In this document: positions 41,738 to 54,580 of the stretch, one piece after another
Position numbering within the stretch: position 1 is the first letter of the stretch
How the letters are laid out: each line of letters opens with the position of its first letter
Assembly: GCF_001194135.2 (NCBI RefSeq)
Contig: NC_068982.1
Span: 90,241,609 to 90,305,608, forward strand
DNA from: Octopus bimaculoides
Lineage: Eukaryota
Length of the DNA stretch: 64,000 nt
Direction of reading: 5' to 3'
Position numbers and translations under genes: made by a program
Notes under the pieces: generated by a model
Told to the model about the DNA's origin: nothing
Seen by the model: only the letters and a program-made list of their open reading frames with translations
Database searches by the model: none

Positions 41738-41883
41738 ATGTTACTGTTGCTTTTAGCCCCAGGAGGACATCTCCTCCAGCTGTCTTATCGACACACGACT
41801 GTGTCCTGTTTGCCAAGGGAAGTTATCCCTCGATAAACCAGCTGGAGGAGATGTCCTCCTGGGGCTAAAAGCAACAGTAACAT
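41738..41883. repeat. Perfect 45-bp inverted repeat abutting an assembly gap
   Basis: 41738-41782 is the exact reverse complement of 41839-41883. It extends 9 nt inward with 2 mismatches and has a 38-nt loop. Confidence 0.9.
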
Positions 41884-42638
41884 NNNNNNNNNNNNNNNNN
41901 NNNNNNNNNNNNNNNNNNNNNNNNNNNNNNNNNNNNNNNNNNNNNNNNNNNNNNNNNNNNNNNNNNNNNNNNNNNNNNNNNNNNNNNNNNNNNNNNNNNN
42001 NNNNNNNNNNNNNNNNNNNNNNNNNNNNNNNNNNNNNNNNNNNNNNNNNNNNNNNNNNNNNNNNNNNNNNNNNNNNNNNNNNNNNNNNNNNNNNNNNNNN
42101 NNNNNNNNNNNNNNNNNNNNNNNNNNNNNNNNNNNNNNNNNNNNNNNNNNNNNNNNNNNNNNNNNNNNNNNNNNNNNNNNNNNNNNNNNNNNNNNNNNNN
42201 NNNNNNNNNNNNNNNNNNNNNNNNNNNNNNNNNNNNNNNNNNNNNNNNNNNNNNNNNNNNNNNNNNNNNNNNNNNNNNNNNNNNNNNNNNNNNNNNNNNN
42301 NNNNNNNNNNNNNNNNNNNNNNNNNNNNNNNNNNNNNNNNNNNNNNNNNNNNNNNNNNNNNNNNNNNNNNNNNNNNNNNNNNNNNNNNNNNNNNNNNNNN
42401 NNNNNNNNNNNNNNNNNNNNNNNNNNNNNNNNNNNNNNNNNNNNNNNNNNNNNNNNNNNNNNNNNNNNNNNNNNNNNNNNNNNNNNNNNNNNNNNNNNNN
42501 NNNNNNNNNNNNNNNNNNNNNNNNNNNNNNNNNNNNNNNNNNNNNNNNNNNNNNNNNNNNNNNNNNNNNNNNNNNNNNNNNNNNNNNNNNNNNNNNNNNN
42601 NNNNNNNNNNNNNNNNNNNNNNNNNNNNNNNNNNNNNN

Positions 42639-42703
<65 letters not shown>

Positions 42704-42871
42704 AAATAAACAGCTAGGTGCAGTATAATACCATAAAGGAAAACTTTTATCTTCCTTAACTGCGACTGAGGGTGCCGAAGCACCTATATTGCTAGAAATA
42801 AGAGTTAAAACCCCCTAATCCTATAAGAAGAGCGCAATATCTATACACTGACAAAGGAGTGTACATATATA

Positions 42872-42921
<50 letters not shown>

Positions 42922-44070
42922 TATATCTACGTATGTATGTATATGTGTGTGTATGTATATATATATATGATTAATGCATGTATTTAACAGACTAGCATTA
43001 TAAAAAATTACATTGTTTTAAAATATAATATAAAACGTGAAAACCAGACTTTATCCAACTGATATATTATTCTAAAGATCACATTTAAACAAACTCGGAT
43101 AAATATTATACATACATACATACATACATACATACATACATACATACAAACATATATACATACATACATACATATATTTTATTAATACAGCTACAAAGAC
43201 ATCACAAAAACAGTTACTTAAAGTTTCATGTTCCTGTTTGTTGGACAAAACCTTGATTGTGTGCAAGTTAAATTTGTTAGTTTAATAATCGCTTTTAATG
43301 ACTCGGGTTAGCAACTGGGATAAAAATCACGACAGAATCACTATACAGTTAAAAATATGTCTGGAAGCTGAAAAGATTTGGTCTTCTGCAGTGCTTAGGA
43401 AGTGGCCTTATATGCAACCGATTCCCTTTGAAAAGGAACGGTAACAGATGCAAGACAAAGCAATTGGTAAAGCTTATCATTGAGTGATATCATTCTTTGA
43501 ATGATCGTGTATTGTCCTAAAAGTCGAGACATGTCTGTGATTAAGGATGGAATGAATGCGCGGCATATTTCTGGAAATTATTTACATTAATTTATTTTGG
43601 GCATTTTTTCTCATATGTATCTGTACTTCCGTGTTGCTCTTTGTCAATGAAACGTTAAAAATAGTATCATGGTGTAGATGTAAAAGAAAAGAAACGAACG
43701 ATGATGTAGCAGTGTTTCAAAACCTATTCACCCGAATACGCGCATGTAAACAGCTATTTTTCACTAATATTACTGCTTAACGTATATAATGTATGTTACA
43801 TTTAATGATTAGCAACTGATAATGATGCGTTGAAACAATTCTAGTGACTTGAAATAAAGTCTGTTCATGCAGTCTCCGCGTGTTAAACTTGTATTTTATG
43901 TACTCAACGAATACTTGCGGATTTCCTCATGTATGTCTAGTAAAGAAATAGTTCTACTGTATTATAGTATCTGGTGGTCGATACACGGAGAGAGGAGCTT
44001 TGGAAAGCATGCTATAAGGTTATTACTCAGACAACGTGTGTGTGTATATGTGTGTGCGTGCGTGGATATT

Positions 44071-44389
44071 GTGAAGGCATATGGCTTAGTGGTTAGAGCG
44101 TCGGGCTCACACTCATGAGGTAGTGCGTTTGATTCCTTGGCTGGGCTGTGTTGTGTTCTTCAACCAACACTTTATTCCACCTTGCTCCAGTTCACTGAGC
44201 CGTAGAAATGAGTTGCGACGTCATTGCTGCCAAGCTATATCGGCCCTTGCCTTTTACCTTGGATTACATTGGTGGCGTGAAGAAGGGAGGCCGGTATGCA
44301 TGGGTGACTGCTGGTCTTCCATAATCAGCCATGCCCGGACCTGTACCTCGGAGAATAATTTTCTAGGTGTAATCCCATGGTCATTCATG
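44071..44389 (+). mobile_element. tRNA-derived SINE (family C)
   Basis: ggcttagtggttagagcgtcgggctcac head; body homologous to 6761-7064. Confidence 0.85.
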
Positions 44390-44397
44390 TGTGTGTA

Positions 44398-44463
<66 letters not shown>

Positions 44464-45249
44464 NNNNNNNNNNNNNNNNNNNNNNNNNNNNNNNNNNNNN
44501 NNNNNNNNNNNNNNNNNNNNNNNNNNNNNNNNNNNNNNNNNNNNNNNNNNNNNNNNNNNNNNNNNNNNNNNNNNNNNNNNNNNNNNNNNNNNNNNNNNNN
44601 NNNNNNNNNNNNNNNNNNNNNNNNNNNNNNNNNNNNNNNNNNNNNNNNNNNNNNNNNNNNNNNNNNNNNNNNNNNNNNNNNNNNNNNNNNNNNNNNNNNN
44701 NNNNNNNNNNNNNNNNNNNNNNNNNNNNNNNNNNNNNNNNNNNNNNNNNNNNNNNNNNNNNNNNNNNNNNNNNNNNNNNNNNNNNNNNNNNNNNNNNNNN
44801 NNNNNNNNNNNNNNNNNNNNNNNNNNNNNNNNNNNNNNNNNNNNNNNNNNNNNNNNNNNNNNNNNNNNNNNNNNNNNNNNNNNNNNNNNNNNNNNNNNNN
44901 NNNNNNNNNNNNNNNNNNNNNNNNNNNNNNNNNNNNNNNNNNNNNNNNNNNNNNNNNNNNNNNNNNNNNNNNNNNNNNNNNNNNNNNNNNNNNNNNNNNN
45001 NNNNNNNNNNNNNNNNNNNNNNNNNNNNNNNNNNNNNNNNNNNNNNNNNNNNNNNNNNNNNNNNNNNNNNNNNNNNNNNNNNNNNNNNNNNNNNNNNNNN
45101 NNNNNNNNNNNNNNNNNNNNNNNNNNNNNNNNNNNNNNNNNNNNNNNNNNGGGTACTTCTACGTCAGAGATTGGTCCTTATAAATATTTTGAACCCCTTT
45201 ACCGCTTGTTTCCTTAATTTTTTACTCTTTAGTCGAGCAAATCGACTCC

Positions 45250-45570
45250 AGGACTTATTCTTTGTAAGCCTAGTAATTATTCTATCGGTTTCTCTTGCCG
45301 AACCACTAAGTAGACACGGGGACCTAGACACACCACCATCGGTTGTCAGACGATGGTGGGGGACAAACACTGGCACACAAACACACACACACACACAAAC
45401 ACGCGCTCACACACACATATATACTTCGGCTTTCTTTCAGTTTCCGTCTCCCAGATACATTCAGAAGGCTTTGATCGGCTGGAGGCTATTGTAGAAGATA
45501 CTTGTGCAAATTGCAACTAAAACCCTTCAAGGCGGTGCTCCAGCATGGCCACAGTGTAATAACTGAAACA
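45250..45570 (-). mobile_element. SINE (family B) fragments
   Basis: ccaggacttattctttgtaagcctagta...cttgccgaaccactaag and ggcggtgctccagcatggcc motifs are shared with 50701-51108. Confidence 0.7.
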
Positions 45571-45728
45571 TGTGAAAGAATAAGGGAATCAAAGAATACA
45601 CACACACATTCATATGCATATATATATATAAAAGGTAATGTGTAGATGTGTATGTACACACATGCCTACATGCATACATACATTCATACATGCATACGCG
45701 CGTACGCATATACGCATGTCTAGGCCTC

Positions 45729-45798
45729 TGTGGTGGTGGTGGTGGTGGTGGTATTGGTTGTGGTGGTGGTGGTGGTGGTGGTGGTGGTGGTGGTGGTG

Positions 45799-45860
<62 letters not shown>
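45729..45860. repeat. Compound (GGT)n(AGT)n microsatellite
   Basis: Directly visible. Confidence 0.95.
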
Positions 45861-45861
<1 letters not shown>

Positions 45862-46165
45862 CAATTGTATATAAATACATCTGAATGAAATAAGAGTGAA
45901 CCAGTCGATAAAAGTTTGTTCTGAAAGAAATCGTTAAAAGAAAATAATCGAAAGAGTGAAACAGGATGTAGAAATTAAAGCTATGATTGATAGAGCACGA
46001 AGGATTGCTAACAGGATTCGATCGATGCTCCTAATCAACCATATAAAAACTGGGGTATTTAAAAATAAAGTGTTTATTGCACGTGTGTATGAATGGGTTT
46101 TATGCGTAAGTGCATGCGTGTGCATGTGTAAAGATACACACAAACACATACACACACACACACAC

Positions 46166-46203
<38 letters not shown>

Positions 46204-46336
46204 ACACACACACACACATGTATATATATATATGTATATATATATACATACACATATATAAACTCACACACATATACATACATGTATATATATATATATA
46301 ATGTATATAGACAACCAGACGGACGAACGGACAGAC

Positions 46337-46408
<72 letters not shown>

Positions 46409-46729
46409 GTTCATCCATACAATTGCGGAAACACAAGAGTGTAAGTGCGTGTCTTGTGAATGTGCGTGCTGGTTGTATGCATATCTATTCTCATGTTTAA
46501 AGGTGACGTTTATATTGATTTTTTTCTCACGAAGAAAACAGCATATTCCAGATTTACTGGGGATGTATTGTAACTTTGATGCCTTTCTCTAGATAATTAG
46601 CGAATTCATTCAGGGGGAATATGCTTTTGCCAAATGCTTAAACTGTATTATCACCAGCTCGGTTCATGTGGATTAGTTTCTTTACTTCCCTATAGTCTAT
46701 AGTCTATATTGTCTTTCCTTTGCATAAAG

Positions 46730-47070
46730 CAGTGGTCCGCAACTAGTGTCCGTTATAGGCCTCGGAGAGTTCATATATATTTTGGGGGAGTCCACGCAAC
46801 AAAATAGTGATTTGGTGATCCACAGTAGTATTTTAAGGGTCCTTAAAAAAATTTGCTTTATATGTATGCATTAGTGTGTATTGCAAGAATCAGCTAGGTT
46901 TTCTTTAAGATTTTACATAGATCAACCTACACAAGTTAATGTATGAAAAACAAAATAGGAATGTTAAAAGAAGTTTCCATAGAAGAGTTTTTAAATATCA
47001 AATTGTGGGTTTACCAGAATAAAACAATAATCAAAAGGGTCCGTTGATAAGATTTGGTTGAGCATCCCTG
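46730..47070. mobile_element. hAT (Charlie-like) MITE, 341 bp
   Basis: Termini cagtggtccgcaact and ggttgagcatccctg form an imperfect TIR resembling CAGGGGTTCTCAACC. The 8-bp TSD is gcataaag (46722-46729) / gcatgaag (47071-47078), 7 of 8 identical. Confidence 0.8.
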
Positions 47071-47096
47071 GCATGAAGCATAAATGCTACACGTAA

Positions 47097-47158
47097 TCCA
47101 ATGTGGTCCAGTGGTTAGGATTCTTGGACTTCATCCTGGTGGCCCAGGAGCATGGGGA
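47097..47158 (+). pseudogene. tRNA-Glu(TTC) pseudogene lacking the T-arm
   Basis: tccaatgtggtccagtggttaggattcttggacTTCatcctggtggcccaggagcatgggga aligns to metazoan tRNA-Glu(UUC). The anticodon is at 47130-47132 and the GTTCGA/B-box segment is missing. Confidence 0.7.
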
Positions 47159-47164
47159 TGTAAA

Positions 47165-47545
47165 GTTATAGGTGCCGGCGTAGCTGTGTGCTTCTTAAGA
47201 TTTACACCCAAGTGGTTTTGCGTTTAGTCTTACTGCATGACACCTTAGGCAAATGTCTTCTATTCTGCCGACCAAAGCTTTGTGAGTGAATTTCGTAGAG
47301 GGAAACTATGTGGAAGCCCGTTGCATATATATATATGTATGTGCGTATGTGCGTGTGTATGTCTCGTGTTTGTCTCTCTCCACCCCGTCTGACAGCGCAT
47401 GCCGATCTATTTAAAACCCAGTAACATAGAGGTTCGGTAAAAAAGAACGAGAGAATAAGTATCAGTTTTCTAACAAGTATATAAATGTTGGACTCTATTT
47501 GCTCAACTAGAACCCTTCAAGATCACAGTCCAATTACTGAGGCAA
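47165..47545 (+). mobile_element. SINE (family B), degenerate
   Basis: ggcgtagctgtgtg...caccttaggcaaatgtcttcta...ccgaccaaagctttgtgagtgaatt...aacccttcaag. Confidence 0.75.
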
Positions 47546-47954
47546 GATAAAAGGAGATATAGATCGAGGGACCGAAGCTTTATAATGGACGTTATGCATC
47601 TTAAACCAAATTTTTTCTGTATGGTAATTATTGTATGGGAACTCTTTTATTTTTTACTTGTGTAAGTCATAGTATAGTGGTCATGCTGAGCCAATTTTGA
47701 AGAGTTTGGTCAAAGAAATAGACACCGATACTTTTATTTATGCCTGGTACTTATTTCAATGGGCTCTTTTGCCGAAACACTGCATTGGTTTCAAATTTTG
47801 GCACAAAGTCAGCAATTTCGATAAAATAAGTACCTCAGCGCTCAGGTACTTATTTTATCGACCCTGGAAAGATTAAAGGCAATTAAAAGAAGATAAACGA
47901 CCGCAGCCACTTGGCTGAAACACATAAATAAATAAATAAATAAATAAAAAAACC

Positions 47955-48200
47955 AACACCTGTTGTCAAGTGGTAAAGGGAGCACAGACAGCATACACAC
48001 GCACACGCACGCGCGTGCATTCACGCAAACACACACACACACACGCACATACACACGCACGTATTCATATGACAAGTTTTCCATCTACCAAATTCAGTCA
48101 TAAGGCATTGGTCCGTCAGGGTCTTTAGTAAGTAACGCACAATGGGACTGAACGCGAAACCTCGCAGTTGCGAAGTGAACTTCCTAATCACACATCCATG
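47955..48200 (-). mobile_element. SINE (family B)
   Basis: gtttccatctaccaaattca...aaggcattggtc...gggactgaacgcgaaacc. Confidence 0.7.
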
Positions 48201-48861
48201 CACTTTCTTTTTTATTCATCAGGCAATAAGATTTCTCTGTTTTCACTGAGTAAAAGTATGTGGCAAAAGTGTCCTACCCTCCTTGTAATAGGATCTGAGG
48301 ATTGAAAATATATTCAGTAGGAATCGAAATTGTGTTGCGAACTGTCTAAGTAACACATCATATCCTACCAAGACTGAAAGCTCACATGCACTCGCTAACA
48401 ATTGCTGCACGATGAATAATAAAGTCGATGACAAAAAGACAACACGATAAACAGACGGACGACAATTGCGTCACTGGCGATGTTAACACAATGACAAAAA
48501 TAAAGACGGCGACAGCGACAACGATTACGATAACGATCAGGATAATGGTGGTGGTGGTGGTGGTGGTGGTGGTGGTGGTGGGTATGACAACGGTGGAGAC
48601 GGTGGTAAAAGCACAGCAACAATGATGACATAACGTGATTATTGATCAATGACGATCTGAGCGATGTTGTATTACTAAAGATACCAACTGTGTGAAAACA
48701 AACTGCATCACTTCAGGCAACAGCACCACCCTCCTACCACATCATTTCTTTATTGTCTTTCTTCCTTCTGGGTATTGTTCTGTCAATCTCCCCCTCCACG
48801 CACACGCACGCATCCTCGTATACTTATACACTCTATATATGCGTAAGTGTGACTGTGTGTG

Positions 48862-48897
<36 letters not shown>

Positions 48898-48916
48898 TCT
48901 CTCTACATACATACAC

Positions 48917-48988
<72 letters not shown>

Positions 48989-49044
48989 CGACCCCACTAC
49001 TTATTTTTCAAAGCCTGTTATGTATTCTATTGGATTCTGCTGCT

Positions 49045-49079
<35 letters not shown>

Positions 49080-49080
<1 letters not shown>

Positions 49081-49156
49081 TGGGTTTGTCATCTACTACC
49101 GCTAAGTTACGGGGATATAAACACCTGTTGTCAGTCGGTAGTAGGTGACAAACCCA

Positions 49157-49193
<37 letters not shown>

Positions 49194-49357
49194 CACAATA
49201 AATATACATACGACGGGTTTTTTGAGTTTCCGTCTACCAAATCCACTCACAAGGCTCTGGTGGCTATAGTAGAAGATACTTGCCCAAGGTGCCGTGCTGT
49301 AGGACCGAACCTGCAACCATGTGGTTGGGAAGCAAGCTTCTTGCCACACAGCCACTC
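49080..49357 (-). mobile_element. SINE (family B)
   Basis: gtttccgtctaccaaatccactcacaaggct...gaagatacttgcccaaggtgcc...ccatgtggttgggaagcaagcttcttgccacacagcca. Confidence 0.9.
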
Positions 49358-49795
49358 CCATCCTATCATTTTCTTCATTCCTCTTTTCTGTTATTTTCCT
49401 TTTACCTGTCATATTTATTTAGATATGCTTCTTATATCGACGTATTGAATCCCATTCCATTTATTTTGACTGTGACACCCAAAAGGCCATTTCTTAAGGC
49501 TTACCACTTAAATTCTGATAATGTCATCATCATAATAATATTAGAATGACGGCAAAAACAATAATTGATTTTCTTTACCACAAAGATAGTATGTACAAAA
49601 TGTCTACGAAAATGGTTATAGGGAAGGTAGATGCAATTGTACATTTATACATCTAAAAACTGAAGAGAGCCAAAATTGCCAAATCATATATTAAGAAGCA
49701 TCAATAATAGGAAAAGGAAATAGATGCAAGCATCGTAAAGTCACAGATGTGTATCTGTGCGCACGTGCGTGCATATACACAAAAAGTGAATATAT

Positions 49796-50015
49796 ATTGG
49801 TTTCAAATTTTAGTACACGGCCAGCAATTTCTGGGATGAGCGTAATCGATTACATCGACCTCATTGTATAACTGGTATTTATTTTCATCGACTCCCCGAA
49901 AGAATGGAAGGCAAAATTGACTTCGGCGGAATTTGAACTCAAAATGTTAAGATGGACGATACGTCGCTAAACCTTTTTGCCCGGCGTGCAAACGATTTTG
50001 GCAGTCAGCTGTCTT
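49796..50015 (-). mobile_element. SINE (family A)
   Basis: ttggtttcaaatttt...gattacatcgacc...ggcggaatttgaactc. Confidence 0.85.
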
Positions 50016-50700
50016 ATAGTGAACATATATTCAAAGAAATAAGACTAACCCATCCGTAGACACAGCATAGTTTGGATCGAACTACCCTACAACCATGGTC
50101 ACTTTATGCTCCTGGATCTCGAATCTACTACTTCCAAAAGTACGCGTGAACAGTTACGGTCTCGAATAAAGCGAGAACTTTGACTCCTCGTCTGATACGT
50201 TGTACTGTAGTTTTCACCAATAACATTATTATTCAAGGGTCCCACAGAACTAGACCCGATCTCCCCCTTAGTCAGTATATTTTTCCTATCTTTTTCCTTC
50301 AGAGACCCCGACTAATATTCCTGTTTATCATTGGTGGTTCGAAGAACCGTTAATTTCAATCAATCTTAAGCGCGGATGAGTTGCTTTTCTTGTGTTTTGC
50401 TTGAAAATTTTTGATGTCACGAAAAATCTCTTCTGCATTTCCAGCATCCATCTTCCACAGATCATCCCAAGGCGATCATTTACCACCGGCCGTGTCTTTT
50501 TGGTTAGCCCTCTGCTGAAGAATGGGAAACCTCGGCTTTTTCTACACGTCGGATCTAATGCACCACATTGATCAGTCTATAGTGTTCTGCTAGCAGATCA
50601 TAGACTTTGTAATGTCATTCGATAACAGAGTAGAAACCAAAGAAATTGAAAAAAAAAGTTGAGAAATATCAGGACCTAGCCAGAGATTGAAGAGGTTACT

Positions 50701-50916
50701 CTTTTATTCTTATCATTCTTCAGTTATTTGACTGCGGCCATGCTGGAGCACCGCCTTTGATCGAAGAAATGGACCCCAGGACTTATTCTTTGTAAGCCTA
50801 GTACTTATTTTATCGATCTCTTTTGCCGAATCACTTAGCTTCGGGGACATAAACATCCCAAAGCCAGTTGTCAAGCGATGGTAGAAAGACAAACACAGAC
50901 ACAAAGACACACACAC

Positions 50917-50956
<40 letters not shown>

Positions 50957-51108
50957 CGGACTTTTTTCAGTTTCTGCCAGCCAAATCCACTCACAAGGCT
51001 TTGGTCGGTCCGAGGCTCTAGTAGAAGACACTTTCCCAAGGTTCCACGCAGTGGGACTGAACCCGGAACCATGTGGTCGGAAAGCATGCTTCTTACCACA
51101 CAGCCACT
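50701..51108 (-). mobile_element. SINE (family B), near full length with internal CA/TA tract
   Basis: tttgactgcggccatgctggagcaccgcc tail through gcagtgggactgaacccggaaccatgtgg head. Confidence 0.9.
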
Positions 51109-51117
51109 GTTTCGCCT

Positions 51118-51340
51118 AGGTTGTGGAATATTAAAACAATAATTATTCCAATAGTAAGTGGTGCACTTGACACAACGCTCAAACTGATTCGTAAGAAACT
51201 GAAAGTGATTGGAACTGAGACTCGTATTATTGACCTGGAGAAAAGTGCTAGCGTACATTCTGCCAGAACCTTAAGAAATATTCTTGAGATTTGAGGAGAC
51301 TTATTGTCATCACACCTCAAGATAATATTCCCGCTAATTA
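51118..51340 (+). mobile_element. RLE-clade LINE C-terminal fragment
   Basis: RLWNIKTIIIPIVSGALDTTLKLIRKKLKVIGTETRIIDLEKSASVHSARTLRNILEI* (cf. VIPIVIGALG...LQK...GTARILRKVL). Confidence 0.8.
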
Positions 51341-52943
51341 AATCAGTATATAATGTCTTTATGATGGAATTAATGACGGAGAATCAATAAAAATTTTACA
51401 TCAAGTGGAGACAAAACATTTTGATATTAACACCGTTGTTTATAACCATCTAAACTGCTATTTTGTGTGTATTCCGCTATAACAATAGCTTTAAAAAACG
51501 TGGGAAAGAGAGCGTTCGTAGTCGCAGTAATGGTGATGGCAGTGGCAAGTTTAGTTATGATAACGAAACATACAGATATAAAGCGATAGAGAAAGGGTGT
51601 GATTCAGAGAATGAGTTGGAGAAAATTGAATCGCGAGAATAGCGGAATAAATGAAGTGTCAATATCAACAGGAGAGATATATATATAGAGAGAAAGAAAG
51701 CATCACAGAGATAGAAACCAAAATGGAAGACATAAAGAATGCATGGAAAAGAAAGAAAAAAAAACTTATAAATAATAAAGAGAATGAATAGTAAAATAAA
51801 AAAAGAAACGTAATACGAAGGGGAAGACAACAGAGATGTTGGTAATGTTGTCGTTGCGGTGGCGCAACGCTAGTGATTCTTATGGTAAATTTTCGTGGTG
51901 ATGGTGGCAGTGGTGATAACATTTGTTTATCACTGATAGTCATGATAGTGGTGGTGGTGGTGGTGGGGTGTCGGCATAGGCTTTAACACTGCTTGTTGTT
52001 ATAGTGGTCGTTTGGATACTGTTGGTGGCACCGGTTGTTTGCTAGTTGTCGATAGTTAAGGTAGCACCGGCAATGGCGACGGTGGCTCCTTTTCGGTTTG
52101 TTTGTTTTTTTTTCGTTTTTTTGTATTTTTTTTTTTTTGCTTTTTATTTAATTTCATCAAATTCTGGAATATGTTTTCCTTATTCGAACAAGCATCCCAC
52201 TGATGTTGATTAAAACAGTAAATAAACAAATTATATANNNNNNNNNNATGTATGTGCATATATAAATATATGTGTGCGTGTATGTAACTATATATATCTA
52301 TTATATATATGTGTGTGTGTGTGAGTGCGCGTGTGTAAATATATATGTGTGTGTGTGTGTGTCAATTATTTCAATTATTTCAAGTATAATATTCCAGATT
52401 ATAAAGGAGCCGTAAATATGAGGTTTTAGTTTACTTAACACAAAATAAAAACTGGTTAACTTCTATAAGATTAGTTAAAATGAATGCTTATTGATTTTAG
52501 TTGTATTTTTCTCTGCTATGCTGTTTTGCAAATAAAAAAGACAAGTTATTATGATGTCGCATACATGTACTCGAAGATTAATGTATATTCAATATATTTA
52601 AGTTTTCTTTCTTGTGAGGTTTCCTTGAACTCAACTGGTAGCTGTGTGTCTTGGCTGCATGCTGTGCTTTAATTTTTTTTTTTTTTGTTCGTTTTACTTT
52701 TGTATTTTCTGCTGCATTGAAGCTTCTCTGTGTATTATTAGCGTACACTGTTTCTTATACTTTTTGCCTGATTTTGGTGATTGTACTGAGGCCATGCTGG
52801 GTTTTAGTCAAATAAAATCACCCCAGTCCTTCAATGTCAAGTCTCATATCTATTCTGTAGCTTTCTTTTGATGAATCAATACTCATCGCGACGTGGAATG
52901 GGACACACAGACGGAAAAACACACATGCGCATAAACTCGCGCG

Positions 52944-52978
<35 letters not shown>

Positions 52979-54057
52979 TTGACGGGCTTCTACACAATTT
53001 CCGTCTACGAAGATCACAAATTATTGGTTGACCCTGAGCTATCGTAAAAGACAATTAACCAACGTACCGTGTAGTGGGATTGAACCTGAAACCATGTGAT
53101 TTCAAAGAAATCTTCTTAACTAAACATACAATCCTGAACCTGTAAAAAAAAGAAACGAAGTCGCCAAGCAGCATTTGACGTTTAAGGACAAACACTTCTC
53201 TTGTAGCAATTTTGTTTCTTTTGTCTTTTATTATTAAAACATCATTTTCTCCCTTTCAGACAAAGCACATGTCCTCGAATTTCTCTTATTATTATGCAAA
53301 TGTATCCAAACTCAACATCTGTATTGTATGACTTGCACCGACTTAGAACACCAATATGTTATATATGTTGTGTCTGTAAATCGCGGTGTCATGGTAATAT
53401 AGTCTAGCTTTATCTTTGCTTATCATTTATGGTATTTTTCATTATGGGAATTGATTCTGTTTGCAGTTTACACTATCTGGTTATCTCTACTTCTACGTCA
53501 ATGTATTTTGCTTGTTTCTCTATTTGTTTCTAATATATATTGTCATTGCTTTTTTCTTTTTGCTATTCTTGTGAGCATTATTTATACTTTAACATAGTTT
53601 CGCGTTGATCCTGTTGGCGAAATCTTGTCTTGAGACTTACTGATAACATGACTATTCAAATCTCGGGGACATTACAAAAGTTTTATTACAGAACACAGAA
53701 TGGCATTTTTCTATCATTCAGTGATATAGTTCGCTATATATTGTTTAATTCAAATGTCTTTTAGATTTGACATTGACCAACTAGGTTGGCTTTATGTGCA
53801 ACGGTCTCGAAAGTCGAGAATCTATCACATTACAATGAATTTGAAATGGAAATAAGCAGCAGATGTTGAATACGAACGTCAAAATACGACTAGCAACAAC
53901 AGCAGCAGCAACAACAACATCAACAATGATTTCAAATTTTGGCACAAGGCCACCAATTTCGGGGAAGTGGTAAATCGATTACATTGACCCCAGTGCTCTA
54001 ATGGTACTTATTTTGTAGACCCCGATATAATGTAAGGCAAAGTCAACCTCGGCAGGA

Positions 54058-54167
54058 GAAGAAGAAGAAGAAGAAGAAGAAGAAGAAGAAGAAGAAGAAG
54101 AAGAAGAAGAAGAAGAAGAAGAAGAAGAAGAAGAAGAAGAAGAAGAAGAAGAAGAAGAAGAAGAAGA
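54058..54167. repeat. (GAA)n microsatellite, directly abutting a truncated family-A SINE (about 53925-54055, minus strand)
   Basis: Directly visible. Confidence 0.95.
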
Positions 54168-54580
54168 ATGATAAATAGATTAATAAATAAATGATAACAA
54201 TAATGATAATAATTAGAGAACAAAGGATAATAAAAAACAGACACAAAAATACTGATAAAACATTGCTACACATAAACCTCTGCTCATAGTTCACAAATTC
54301 GTCTTGTCTGATACATTGTATAGACGATATCACCTTCAAATCAACTACGCAACACACACTATACGGAACCACAGCGCAATTACATAACACAACCTACGCA
54401 ACACATACTATTCACTATCAGTGTCTATTAGCGAAAAAGTAAACTCTTCTCCAGGTATGAGAGACCTGTGAAGTTTGAGTCCTTTAAATGCTACTTTCTA
54501 GTAAATATTTGGATTCTGAGTAAAGGATATATATTCTTGATAACATATTATTATTTATAGTATAAGATGCTCACATTCTT

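Noticed and set aside
43349-44018. Candidate exons 43349-43440 (LKICLEAEKIWSSAVLRKWPYMQPIPFEKE) and 43968-44018 (two open frames)
   Set aside because: The splice sites are only moderate, there is no recognisable homology, and they cannot be linked to the upstream chain. Such segments arise by chance.
45941-46105. Open frame KIIERVKQDVEIKAMIDRARRIANRIRSMLLINHIKTG...VLC with a gtaagt donor
   Set aside because: The acceptor is A-rich and poor, and the donor is part of a degenerate GT tract.
46593-46676. IISEFIQGEYAFAKCLNCII resembling the start of a RhoGEF DH helix
   Set aside because: It stops after 27 codons with no good donor and no further DH sequence. It is likely coincidental.
52500-53830. 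Possible very old minus-strand RLE-LINE
   Set aside because: Only faint motif echoes are visible, which is not enough to annotate.
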